Shown here piece by piece: positions 37,175-45,544 of a stretch of DNA of 64,000 bases. The DNA lies in IMG/VR virus record IMGVR_UViG_3300048893_000042, positions 13,382 through 77,381 of that record; one strand, 5' to 3'. Position 1 is the first letter of the stretch, and every line of letters starts with the position of its first letter. The notes under the pieces were generated by a model. The model was not told where the DNA came from. It searched no databases and saw only the letters and a program-made list of their open reading frames with translations. The stretch is from a virus (lineage: Duplodnaviria; Caudoviricetes). The position numbers were made by a program, and so were the translations under genes.

Positions 37175-37420
37175 ATGAGGGCCACCATCACCAGCAAGAA
37201 CGACGAACTCCACCCCGACACCGCCGAGCAGATCGAACCCGGCGAGGAGGTGCTGTACTACAAGGACTACAAGAAGTCAGGCGAGGATGACATACTGCTC
37301 ACCCGCAAGGCGAACGGGGCCATCGAACTCTGGGTCAACGGGTGCGTCGTCTACAGCGAGGCGGGTGACGCAGAACTCACCGAGGCGGAGCGCCAGAGGA
37401 ACGGCGCGGCCCACCACTAG
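37175..37420 (+). CDS. Hypothetical protein; last gene of the rightward block
   Basis: GGAGG RBS; 81 aa. Confidence 0.75.
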   Translation: MRATITSKNDELHPDTAEQIEPGEEVLYYKDYKKSGEDDILLTRKANGAIELWVNGCVVYSEAGDAELTEAERQRNGAAHH

Positions 37421-37531
37421 GTCGCCGCGCCAGCTGCCGCCTCAGGGCCTCTACCCTCGCCCGGTTGCGGTCCAGGATCGCCCGGGCCAGCGCCCTGACG
37501 GCAGCTCGCCGCTCGGCACAGCCGGCACAGC

Positions 37532-37687
37532 TCACCGGCTGCCCAGCAGCAGGAGGATGAGCAGGATCACAACCACCAGGCCCACCCCGCCGCCACCCCA
37601 GTGGCGGTAGGGCACCCCCGTGTAGTAGCCCCCACCGACCCCACCAAGCAGCACCACTATCAGAATCACAATCAGAACTGTCGTCAC
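37532..37687 (-). CDS. DUF3309-like small membrane protein
   Basis: MTTVLIVILIVVLLGGVGGGYY...WGGGGVGLVVVILLILLLLG. Confidence 0.7.
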   Translation of the reverse strand: MTTVLIVILIVVLLGGVGGGYYTGVPYRHWGGGGVGLVVVILLILLLLGSR

Positions 37688-37872
37688 CACGTCCTCCTCT
37701 GGTACTCGCGGTTGTCTCGCAGGGCAGCCTCGATCTGCTCCACCGTGCCGAGGCTCCATGGGCTGTCAGGATGGGGTGCGGCCTGGAGGCCCTGTCTGAC
37801 ATTCTCCAGTTCCTGAGCAGTCAGGTGGACCACAAACCCACACACGTTGTCACGATCTGGGTATATCTTCAA
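37684..37872 (-). CDS. Hypothetical protein
   Basis: 62 aa; GTGA coupling to next gene. Confidence 0.55.
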   Translation of the reverse strand: MKIYPDRDNVCGFVVHLTAQELENVRQGLQAAPHPDSPWSLGTVEQIEAALRDNREYQRRTW

Positions 37873-37974
37873 AGGCCTGCTCCCGTGCCGCTCCGCATGG
37901 CGGTCCTCCGTCGTGCACTACCCTGCATCACACCCCTGAACTCGTGGCTCCTCCGTGGGGAGCGCTGCACACTA

Positions 37975-38007
37975 CTCAGCCCCTCCCGCTGGGCGGAAGG
38001 GGCTGAG
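37975..38007. terminator. GC-rich hairpin after gene 38028
   Basis: CTCAGCCCCT(37975-84)/AGGGGCTGAG(37998-38007) stem; no U-tract. Confidence 0.45.
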
Positions 38008-38027
38008 GGGTCGTGGCGCCGATCCTT

Positions 38028-38600
38028 TTACGCGGCGGGTTCGGGCTGTGCCGTGGTCTCCGGGTTCTGCAGGTCCAGGCCGATGGCGCGTGCCGTGTGG
38101 TCGGTGGAGATGTCCACCAGCCCGTCGAAGACCGTCAGCCCGGCGCTGTCCTTGACCTCGAACGCGAGGCCCGTGGCCTCGCGGACCAGGGGCTGCATCT
38201 CCACCGCCGGCGAACCATCGGCCATCGTGCTGACGGAGACGGTCCAGCTGGTGGTGTCGGGGCTGCTGACGGTGAACGTGTCGCCGGTCGGTGCCGACAC
38301 GACGTTGCCGTCCGCGTCCTTTGCCAGGATGCGGTACTTGGTGACCTCGGTGTTTTTGAGTGCGATGTTGGTCAAGAGTGTTCCTCCTTCGGTGCAGCGC
38401 TCGGGCACCTCCAGCCAGAGGCTGGTGGGCTCCGAGCACCCGGGCTCAATGTTCGTGAGGTAATCCTCGATGCGCTGCAGCTCCACCAGTATGGACTGGA
38501 GCATGCGGCGGCGGACCCAGCGGCTCATCCGCTCCCAGCTGGGCCGAAGCGGGTGCGTCTCAGGCAGCATGGCTCGCCCTCCCAAACCCAATGACGTCAT
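38028..38600 (-). CDS. Hypothetical protein with Ig-like C-terminal part; alternative TTG start at 38375
   Basis: Beta-rich YRILAKDADGNVV..; GAAGGAGG RBS before in-frame TTG 38375. Confidence 0.65.
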   Translation of the reverse strand: MTSLGLGGRAMLPETHPLRPSWERMSRWVRRRMLQSILVELQRIEDYLTNIEPGCSEPTSLWLEVPERCTEGGTLLTNIALKNTEVTKYRILAKDADGNVVSAPTGDTFTVSSPDTTSWTVSVSTMADGSPAVEMQPLVREATGLAFEVKDSAGLTVFDGLVDISTDHTARAIGLDLQNPETTAQPEPAA

Positions 38601-38781
38601 CCAGGGTCAGTTCGGGTCCCTGGTCCTCAGGCCGCACCTTCCAGCCCTCGACTACAATGACATCGGGTGCGAACGGGGTGACCCGGAAGAATGTGGCACC
38701 CAGGCGTTCCAGCTCGTGCGACATGTCGCGCACTGCTGCCGTGCAGCTCTGGGCGTCCACACCTAGGACGCGGTGGGACAC
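38560..38781 (-). CDS. Hypothetical protein
   Basis: Part of ORF 38560-38817; GTG just after upstream stop. Confidence 0.55.
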   Translation of the reverse strand: MSHRVLGVDAQSCTAAVRDMSHELERLGATFFRVTPFAPDVIVVEGWKVRPEDQGPELTLDDVIGFGRASHAA

Positions 38782-38785
38782 CCAG

Positions 38786-38971
38786 TCAGCTGGCTGGGGC
38801 ACCGGGCGGACGCCCATTGGGGAAGCTCACCGGTGGCCCACCCTGCGGCTGCATTGGGGTGGTGGACTGGGAGGGCGTTCCCACGGCATAGGACCGTGGT
38901 GCCGGCTGCAGAGTGTCCGCACGCTTGGATGGCGCCGCTGGCTGGTGGGTGATCGTGCTCATGGAACTCAT
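38786..38971 (-). CDS. Pro/Ser/Thr-rich small protein
   Basis: GAGGAG RBS; low-complexity 61 aa. Confidence 0.55.
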   Translation of the reverse strand: MSSMSTITHQPAAPSKRADTLQPAPRSYAVGTPSQSTTPMQPQGGPPVSFPNGRPPGAPAS

Positions 38972-38994
38972 GTTGATCTCCTCTGGTAAAAAGG

Positions 38995-39525
38995 TCAGGG
39001 CCAGTGGCGGGCCATCCACTCGTCCACTGACCCCGGCGACAGGTCATACCACTGGAAGTTGCCACCGTACTGGTCGGTGCAGGCCAGCTCATAGACCCCG
39101 GCTGCGGCATTCCACCCGCCGGCCATGACCCACGTCCCGAAGCAGGCGAACACCGCCTCCGAGGTGGCATGTGACATGAGGTGGATGATACCGGTGTTGG
39201 GTGGTCCCTGCGAGGCAACAGGCCAGGTGTAGATGTCGAAGGTGCCGTTGCCGTCGTCCGACGCAACCACCACGTTGCCATTCGAGTTGTCGAGCTGTGG
39301 CCGGTGGAGGCCATAGGTGGCCTGGACGTTGCACGGCGTGATGAAGCCGGTGTTGAAGTCATAAATCCAAAGCCAGATGCGGTTGGCATCGACCCAGATG
39401 AGCTTTGTGCCATCGGGTGACAGTGACGGGTCATAGCCATCCATTGGGAAGCGGTGGTAGGGCTGCCAGTCCCCATCCGAGATGAAGATGCGACCGTGGC
39501 CGTCGCCTGCTGCCTTTCGGGTCAT
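38995..39525 (-). CDS. TolB/PD40-like beta-propeller fragment protein
   Basis: YDPSLSPDGTKLIWV; HRPQL...VVVASDDGNGTFDIYTW. Confidence 0.65.
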   Translation of the reverse strand: MTRKAAGDGHGRIFISDGDWQPYHRFPMDGYDPSLSPDGTKLIWVDANRIWLWIYDFNTGFITPCNVQATYGLHRPQLDNSNGNVVVASDDGNGTFDIYTWPVASQGPPNTGIIHLMSHATSEAVFACFGTWVMAGGWNAAAGVYELACTDQYGGNFQWYDLSPGSVDEWMARHWP

Positions 39526-39686
39526 TGAGCTGTCTCTCCTGTGATGGCGCGCAGCCTGTCGATCTCCTCCAGCAGCGCGTCGATGTGGGCCTCGGTCCAC
39601 CCATCTCCATAGGTGGCCTCACCCCGCTGCTGGCGATCCTTCGCCTCCCTGCGCCTCTGGCGAACCTCTTCCACCATGTCGGTCAC
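39522..39686 (-). CDS. Hypothetical protein
   Basis: GTGA and ATGA coupling; HIDALLEEIDRLR. Confidence 0.6.
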   Translation of the reverse strand: MTDMVEEVRQRRREAKDRQQRGEATYGDGWTEAHIDALLEEIDRLRAITGETAQ

Positions 39687-40327
39687 TGCTTGACCTCCAT
39701 CGGTTTGAACATCGTGGGCACCACCGCCTCGCGGAACCGCGACACGTCGTTGCTGCACTCGTTGGTGTTGCCTGGGAAGGCGCGGCTGACCACCTGCTCC
39801 TCGTGCCCGCCACTCAGCACAGCCGTGCCCTTGGCATGGTGGAGCACGATGTCCTTCCCCGGTCCCGTGATGCGTGTCACCTGGCAGAGCTGTCGTGCGT
39901 GGGGCTTGTCGTGCTCCCAGGCGAAGATCATGCCCGGCTCGATGGGCCCAGTGTAGGGTCGCGGCACGTCCAGGCACAGCACAGCCGGGGGGATCGGCGG
40001 CAGCTCAGGCAGGCCACTGCGCGCCGGCTCCAGGCGCTCGCCCGCGATCCAGGCCGTGTCCACCACGTCCCCGTCGCTTAGTGAGTCCCAGAGCTGAGTG
40101 ATGTACTGGTGGGCCAGGCAGAGGGTCTGGTTGCCCCAGGCCCGGGGGTCGAACTCAGCCACGTCACCACCCACCAGCGGAGTCATGAGCACCCGGGTCC
40201 TGCGGCCCTGGTGACCGGCACAGCACAGCAGGTGCTCCTGCGCCGGGTCGCTGGGCGACAGACGCACGGCCAGCACCGGGATGAACGCACCCGCGTCCCT
40301 GACCTCAAGCAGCTTGCACTGTGTCAC
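39683..40327 (-). CDS. Hypothetical two-domain protein
   Basis: KLLEVRDAGAFIPVLAVRL...AHQYI..LWDSLSDGDVVD. Confidence 0.7.
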   Translation of the reverse strand: MTQCKLLEVRDAGAFIPVLAVRLSPSDPAQEHLLCCAGHQGRRTRVLMTPLVGGDVAEFDPRAWGNQTLCLAHQYITQLWDSLSDGDVVDTAWIAGERLEPARSGLPELPPIPPAVLCLDVPRPYTGPIEPGMIFAWEHDKPHARQLCQVTRITGPGKDIVLHHAKGTAVLSGGHEEQVVSRAFPGNTNECSNDVSRFREAVVPTMFKPMEVKQ

Positions 40328-40351
40328 TGATCACCTCGGATGACAGTATAA

Positions 40352-40648
40352 TCACGGCACCCCACTGAGGGCCATGGACCCCGGCACCTGGGCCAGGAAG
40401 CGCTCGCGCTGTAGGTGTGTCTGGAAGCACCACACGCGGGTGCCGGTCTGGATGACAGCTGAGCAGTGCCCCAGGCCTCCTTCCCACTGGTGGGGCTGGA
40501 GGCCCTTTGGTCCAGGAGAGGGTGCCTGGGCGAGGTATGGGTGGGTCGGCAGCCAGGCCCTCAGGAGGGCACGGCTGACCTCAGGGTGTGTGCGCAGGCC
40601 CTGGACGAAGTCCGGGTGGGCCTGCCGCAGGGCTGACTGGAGGCTCAC
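40352..40648 (-). CDS. Hypothetical protein
   Basis: 98 aa, GTGA coupling. Confidence 0.6.
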   Translation of the reverse strand: MSLQSALRQAHPDFVQGLRTHPEVSRALLRAWLPTHPYLAQAPSPGPKGLQPHQWEGGLGHCSAVIQTGTRVWCFQTHLQRERFLAQVPGSMALSGVP

Positions 40649-40773
40649 CGCCGGCTCCTACAGCTTCGGCTGGGATGACGCCTGCGGCTGTGCTTGAGCA
40701 GCCGTCGCCACAGCTCACAGGCACCCATCGAGGGTGCTGCTGCGGTGGTCTTCCTCTTGAACAACTGGCACAT
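40645..40773 (-). CDS. 42-aa Arg-rich micro-protein (not in ORF track)
   Basis: GGAG..ATG; MCQLFKRK...RSCRSRR*; stop overlaps next GTG. Confidence 0.45.
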   Translation of the reverse strand: MCQLFKRKTTAAAPSMGACELWRRLLKHSRRRHPSRSCRSRR

Positions 40774-40818
40774 GTGACTCACCACCTTGGTGGGGACTCA
40801 GCTGGGTCAGTCTGGACA

Positions 40819-40848
40819 ACCCCCACCCCTGCGTCTTAGGGTGGGGGT
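40819..40848. terminator. Hairpin downstream of gene 40922
   Basis: ACCCCCACCC/GGGTGGGGGT 10-bp stem. Confidence 0.45.
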
Positions 40849-40921
40849 GCCGTCCCATCTGTCTCTCATCTCGCGTAGCTGGCATGGGCCGGACCCATGG
40901 GCCAGGGTCGATGATGGCGCA

Positions 40922-41431
40922 TCAGTCGGCTGCGGCCTTCTTGGCGTCCGCCGCCGGCTTGGGCTTCTTGGCCTCGGCGATGGCCTCCTTGAGCTTGTCG
41001 GTCATCTTCAGCGCGCCGTCGCGGCTGGCGAAGTCCGAGGTGTGGTGCTTGACCCAGGCACCGGTCACGCCGGCCTTGATCGCTTCGGGCACCAGCTCAT
41101 TGAACGCCTCGGTCAGGGCATGGATCGTCGGCGGCTTGTTCGGGTCCGCCGCTTTCGGTGCTGCCGCCGTCTTGTCCTTCGGCGCTGCCGCCGCCTTCTT
41201 GTCGTCCGCCGGCTTCGCACCCGCCGGGTGGGTCGCAGGCTCGGTGTTCGGTTCCACTTGTTCCTCCAGCTTGTTTGCGAGGTTCCGGCAGCGGCGCAGA
41301 GCCGTCTCCCGGTCCTTGAAGCGCTTGACGGGGGTGAACCCCTCCAGACCCATCTGGCCTGCCAGGCCAACCATGCGGTTGTACTCGCTCACCAACTGGG
41401 GTGCCCCAAGGGTCGTCAGGTCGGTCGTCAT
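40922..41431 (-). CDS. Ala/Lys-rich two-domain protein, possibly nucleic-acid binding
   Basis: AAGGAGG RBS; two related helical domains joined by AAPK-rich linker. Confidence 0.75.
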   Translation of the reverse strand: MTTDLTTLGAPQLVSEYNRMVGLAGQMGLEGFTPVKRFKDRETALRRCRNLANKLEEQVEPNTEPATHPAGAKPADDKKAAAAPKDKTAAAPKAADPNKPPTIHALTEAFNELVPEAIKAGVTGAWVKHHTSDFASRDGALKMTDKLKEAIAEAKKPKPAADAKKAAAD

Positions 41432-41514
41432 GTAGTCATCCTCCTTGCTGATAATAGGGTCGGCCAGAAGCATAGTAAAGCCCCTGGTCCATGGGAAGTT
41501 AGGCATGCGTCGTC

Positions 41515-41880
41515 TCACTCTTCCGTCACAACAACCTTGGCCGGCAGCTTCCCCAATTCTTCGGGGTGGTCCGACCTCATGCTCCACATGGCCAGTTCTA
41601 CTGCCCTGACCCAGTCCCTGGCCATGCTCAGGTGCCGGATCACCTCTCCGCTCTGGGTCGTGGTCCTTGTGGTGAAGTTCCTTGACCGTCCCACCGGCTC
41701 GTGGCGGTGGACCGGTGTGGCACCACTCAGTTCCTTCCTCAGCTTCTCCAGCTGGGCATCCGCCACCGCTCGGCTGGAGAAGTCCGACCGGTGGTGGCGG
41801 GCCCAGGCAGCCACGCCCTTGTCATGGGCCTCAGCCGCCAGCTGGTTGAACAGTTCGGTCAGCTCATGGACCGTCGCCAT
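41515..41880 (-). CDS. Hypothetical protein paralogous to C-terminal domain of 40922-41431
   Basis: TVHELTELFNQL...AWARHHRSDFSSR. Confidence 0.75.
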   Translation of the reverse strand: MATVHELTELFNQLAAEAHDKGVAAWARHHRSDFSSRAVADAQLEKLRKELSGATPVHRHEPVGRSRNFTTRTTTQSGEVIRHLSMARDWVRAVELAMWSMRSDHPEELGKLPAKVVVTEE

Positions 41881-42106
41881 GGATGGCCTCCTTGGCCTCG
41901 CGCTTGCCCCGGCGGACCACCTGGGCCACGATGGTGCCGAAGAGGACCAGGGGCCAGAACGGCACCGCCGACCCGCACATGACGCGGTCCCAGAAGTGGT
42001 CCGCGTTGGGGCACCGGGGCTGGTAGTCGCGCAGGCCCCGGTAGGTGCCGAGGGCACCCGCGAGGTAGAACGAATCCAGGATGATGTGCAGGGCAGTCTG
42101 GTTCAT
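41864..42106 (-). CDS. Small membrane protein
   Basis: Two hydrophobic segments; VPFWPLVLF. Confidence 0.65.
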   Translation of the reverse strand: MNQTALHIILDSFYLAGALGTYRGLRDYQPRCPNADHFWDRVMCGSAVPFWPLVLFGTIVAQVVRRGKREAKEAIHGDGP

Positions 42107-42354
42107 CTCATCAACTCCGCCTTGTGGTGGCCCCGCAGGACCAGGAGCACGGCCCAGCTGTCCGTCGTGAGGCCCCTGCGGTGCTCGTTGGGCTGTGCCA
42201 TGGTTGCTTCCCGCCGTGCGGCAGCTATGGCTGACCTCATGTCAGGAGCCTCTATGCAGTTGGCCCAGTAGCACTGACCCGCCGCATCGAGGTCAAGTTC
42301 CATCTGCTCGGTCAACCAGGTGGGGTATCGCAGGAGCACCGACCACTCACTCAT
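42103..42354 (-). CDS. Hypothetical protein
   Basis: WSVLLRYP...VLLVLRGHH; coupled. Confidence 0.65.
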   Translation of the reverse strand: MSEWSVLLRYPTWLTEQMELDLDAAGQCYWANCIEAPDMRSAIAAARREATMAQPNEHRRGLTTDSWAVLLVLRGHHKAELMR

Positions 42355-42526
42355 GATGCCGCACCGGTGCCATGGAGATGAGTGTGTGGTCATCCTTGGC
42401 CAGCCTCACCTCGCAGTCCTCGTACTGGGTCATGACGCGGTCAAGACCCCTGGCAGCGTCGTCAGTGCTGTGGAACTCGGCCACGTACTTCACCACGCCG
42501 TCCTTCTGTGCTGTGATCGTCACCAT
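42347..42526 (-). CDS. 59-aa hypothetical protein (not in ORF track)
   Basis: GGAGGAG RBS; MVTITAQKDGVVKYVAEFHS... Confidence 0.65.
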   Translation of the reverse strand: MVTITAQKDGVVKYVAEFHSTDDAARGLDRVMTQYEDCEVRLAKDDHTLISMAPVRHHE

Positions 42527-42570
42527 GTTGGCTCACTCCTCCAGGTCCGGTGCCGCCGTCCGCGCTCGGG

Positions 42571-42604
42571 AGGGTCCAGCTGTACTACCCTACAGCTGGA
42601 CCCT
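42571..42604. promoter_or_regulatory. Perfect 14-bp-stem hairpin with CTACCC loop
   Basis: AGGGTCCAGCTGTA-CTACCC-TACAGCTGGACCCT, intergenic. Confidence 0.7.
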
Positions 42605-42650
42605 GAACCCGTGGCTCCTGCGACACCGGAGCAGGTCAGTTTTCTGAGGC

Positions 42651-43739
42651 TCAGGCTGCCTTGGCCAGGACCTCCCACTCGGTCTTCGGGAGCTCGATCA
42701 ACCGGCCACCGAACTGCTCGAACTGCGAGGCCCGGTCATAGTTGTCGAGGTCTTCCGCCGTCCGGGTGATCGCGTTCATCAGACCGTACTGGGTCAGGTC
42801 GCCCCCACGCACCAGGTGGTGCAGGATGCTGCCGCGCTCAGTGTCGGTCATGTCGAACTTCTTGGCCGTGACCTCCACCACCTGCACCGGGTCGCCAGTG
42901 ATCTGGTTCTTCGCGGTCGCGGCGATCTTGTCCACCGTGGCCTCGAACTGGGCCTCCTGGAAGGCACCCTGAACCACGTCACCGATCTGGGCCCACAGGG
43001 CCGCATCGGTCAGCCTGCGGGTGTTGTCAGTCAGCAGCCGATAGGTGTCCTCACCGACCTGCTCGCGCCCGCCCAGGTGCATGGTGCGCTTCGAACGCTC
43101 GCTGATCACGAGCAGGTTGGTGCACCCCCCGGTGTAGATGCTTGTGTGGACCGCCAGGGCGCCATAGCCCACCTCGCTGTTTGACAGCACCAGGGCGGGG
43201 GACACGGTGTCGAAGCGGTGGTGGCCCTCACCCAGGCTGACCCCGGTGGGAAGGTCGCGCTTGATGCGGCTGTCCACCACCTTGAGGTACAGCTTGGTCT
43301 CCGTCACCTCGCAGCTCAGCACCTCCACGCCCAGCCGCAGCAGCGGTGGGAGCGCCGCCTCCATGAGCTGGTCGTTGTCCAGTGCCCGGAAGGCGTTGGA
43401 CAGGAAGGCCCGTGCGGTGCCGGCAGTGCCGTCGTTGAAGGTCCGGATCATCCTGGTGTCCGCCTTCTTGTGGAGCCAGGTGTTGATGTTGGAGGCCAGC
43501 AGGTCGGGTGCTTCGGCGGCCATCCGATCATAGTAGGCCTTCGGCACCTTGGTGTACTCGCTGAGCTGCCCGTGGATCACGCCGGTGGTCTGCAGGTCCA
43601 CGGGCAGGCCGCGCACGGTGAGGTGCCGCCCGTCCTGCTCCATGACGATGTTCCGGGTGTCGGCGAGGTAGTCATGCTTGAGGTCACGCTGGCGCTCAAT
43701 CTCCTTGGCCAGGTCGGTCAGTGTGCGTCCGATCTTCAT
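42651..43739 (-). CDS. DUF932-family phage protein
   Basis: ARAFLSNAFRALDN, LSNSEVGYGAL, CTNLLV, GDLTQYGLMNAITRTA. Confidence 0.8.
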   Translation of the reverse strand: MKIGRTLTDLAKEIERQRDLKHDYLADTRNIVMEQDGRHLTVRGLPVDLQTTGVIHGQLSEYTKVPKAYYDRMAAEAPDLLASNINTWLHKKADTRMIRTFNDGTAGTARAFLSNAFRALDNDQLMEAALPPLLRLGVEVLSCEVTETKLYLKVVDSRIKRDLPTGVSLGEGHHRFDTVSPALVLSNSEVGYGALAVHTSIYTGGCTNLLVISERSKRTMHLGGREQVGEDTYRLLTDNTRRLTDAALWAQIGDVVQGAFQEAQFEATVDKIAATAKNQITGDPVQVVEVTAKKFDMTDTERGSILHHLVRGGDLTQYGLMNAITRTAEDLDNYDRASQFEQFGGRLIELPKTEWEVLAKAA

Positions 43740-43812
43740 CTCAGTTCCTCCAATGCAGCGGGTGTGCTGCCACCTGCCCTCGCTGTGCGCGCGAGGGCAG
43801 AGGGCAGGGCAC

Positions 43813-44151
43813 TCAGCCTTGCTTCTTCGCTTCGATCCACCACCCCAGCAGGGGCAAGGGCTTGTTGTCAGGGTCGGTCAGGTCGTCCTCCAGGTGGACT
43901 TTGTCACCAGCTAGGGCACGCATGACGGCCATGGACAGGCGGCTGGACCGTTCGAGCAGGGCCAGCTCAACCGGGTCCGTGGTCTCCGCCCTCGCGGCCT
44001 CAACCGCCGCGAGGTAGCGCGTGTTCTCGTCGCCCGTCGCCCAGAGGGTCTGGACGTGGGTGAAGGCCTTCTTGACCCGCTCTTCGAGGGTTGTCGCACC
44101 GGCGCAGGCCGGGCGGGTGTCCACCACCGCGATGCTCATGATGTTGCTCAC
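43813..44151 (-). CDS. Hypothetical protein
   Basis: GGAGG RBS; GTGA coupling. Confidence 0.65.
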   Translation of the reverse strand: MSNIMSIAVVDTRPACAGATTLEERVKKAFTHVQTLWATGDENTRYLAAVEAARAETTDPVELALLERSSRLSMAVMRALAGDKVHLEDDLTDPDNKPLPLLGWWIEAKKQG

Positions 44152-44402
44152 TGTCCTATCCTCCGTTGCCCCAGTTGGGAAGGCAAGCGCCCAAGGCCCA
44201 CTGCCCTCGCGGCGTCCTCGATGGTGGAGGTCACGGGTGGGTTGCCCGGGGTCGGTGCGACCACCGCACCTGTGCCCCAACGGTTGTAGCTCTGGACGCA
44301 GCCAGCGGGCACCACCTCCCCCACTGGATAGTAGCTCTTGCATGGTGCCTGTGCCAGGGCTGGCAGTGCCAGCAAGCACAGGGCCGCAGCGATCCTCATC
44401 AT
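44148..44402 (-). CDS. Small exported protein
   Basis: MRIAAALCLLALPALAQA signal-peptide-like. Confidence 0.6.
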   Translation of the reverse strand: MMRIAAALCLLALPALAQAPCKSYYPVGEVVPAGCVQSYNRWGTGAVVAPTPGNPPVTSTIEDAARAVGLGRLPSQLGQRRIGQ

Positions 44403-44405
44403 GAC

Positions 44406-45299
44406 TCACATCCCCATCTCTTCAAGCATGTTGTCGAAGGTATCGAGGTCCTCAGCCTCGCGGGCCAGGGCCTTGTTCCAGGCGTCTGGGTCCCGCAGCC
44501 GACCCACTGCTGTGCTGATCAGCTCGCGGATGGTGCGCGGGTCCAGGGCATCGAGCTCCCACGATTCGTCGCCGAACTCCTCCTGGTAGGCCTGGAACCG
44601 GCTGTCGCTGTGCTTGGCCGGGTCGGGCGGCAGGTTGTGCTGTTCCACCTGGTCCTTGTTGAGGGCCAGCCGCTGGACGGCCACGGGCACGCCGCAGAAG
44701 ACCTGCAGCCGCTCGCGGTTGTCGCGGGTCATGTCCAGGCCGCTCGGGTCGTGGTCACCGAGGTGGAGCACAATGGGCCGCTGGCCCCGCTGGTAGTACC
44801 CAGCGAAGCGCTGGCCGGCTCGCCACTGCTCGCTCTGTGAGTTGTAGCCCCGGCACGAGAAGAAGTCCACCCTCAGCTCGTTGCAGATGCCGGCGATCAC
44901 ACCCGACAGGGCCTCCTTCTCGATCCAGACCTCAGGCCGCATCGGCTGACCCTCCCACAGGTCGCGACGGTATCCCGCCTTGGCCTCGCGGATGGCCTCC
45001 CCCGGGTGACGGTAGGTCCGCAGGCCCATCAGGTTGCGGGTGCGGTCCTCGATGCCGTCCCAGGGCAGCAGGCCCGCCATGCGGCCGTCGCTCACCGCGT
45101 TGCCGATGCGGTTGTAGCTGCTCATCGTGTTCGGTAGCACCTTGCGCTGCACGAACTGGTAGTACAGCTGGCGCAGCGTGAGCACCAGGTTCTGCTGCCG
45201 GTACTCGGCCATGATGGAGCCGGCGACACGCACCAGCTCCAGGGTTCCCGCCGACAGCTTCTTGTCGCTGTAGCGGATCAGTGTGCCTTCGTTGCTCAC
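44406..45299 (-). CDS. Topoisomerase VI subunit A-like (wHTH plus TOPRIM) protein
   Basis: LTLRQLYYQ (putative catalytic Tyr), EVWIEKEAL, CRGYNS, HLGDHDPSG, RLALN, SWELDAL. Confidence 0.8.
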   Translation of the reverse strand: MSNEGTLIRYSDKKLSAGTLELVRVAGSIMAEYRQQNLVLTLRQLYYQFVQRKVLPNTMSSYNRIGNAVSDGRMAGLLPWDGIEDRTRNLMGLRTYRHPGEAIREAKAGYRRDLWEGQPMRPEVWIEKEALSGVIAGICNELRVDFFSCRGYNSQSEQWRAGQRFAGYYQRGQRPIVLHLGDHDPSGLDMTRDNRERLQVFCGVPVAVQRLALNKDQVEQHNLPPDPAKHSDSRFQAYQEEFGDESWELDALDPRTIRELISTAVGRLRDPDAWNKALAREAEDLDTFDNMLEEMGM

Positions 45300-45544
45300 C
45301 TGACCTGACTCCTCTTCCTGAGCACCGGCGGCAGCACCACCGCCCGTGCGGCGATCTGCCGCCGGGGTTCGGTGCTGCACCGGTCTGGAAACTTCTTCAC
45401 CCTGACGGGCAGTGGGAACTTGTAGCGTGCGATCTTGACGGGGGGCAGGTCGCGCGCCACCTCCAGGGCACGCTGCCTGGTTGGCCACTCAGACACCGTC
45501 TCCCAGTCCCCCGGTGCGAAGCCGAGCTGGATGCGATATGTCAC
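45296..45544 (-). CDS. Hypothetical protein
   Basis: GTGA couplings. Confidence 0.65.
   Translation of the reverse strand: MTYRIQLGFAPGDWETVSEWPTRQRALEVARDLPPVKIARYKFPLPVRVKKFPDRCSTEPRRQIAARAVVLPPVLRKRSQVR

Noticed and set aside
38763-39476. 237-aa minus-strand ORF
   Set aside because: Overlaps in another frame the propeller gene and the 38786 gene, which have better motifs and starts
40347-40352. Perfect TATAAT on the plus strand
   Set aside because: No matching -35, and it points against the local minus-strand genes
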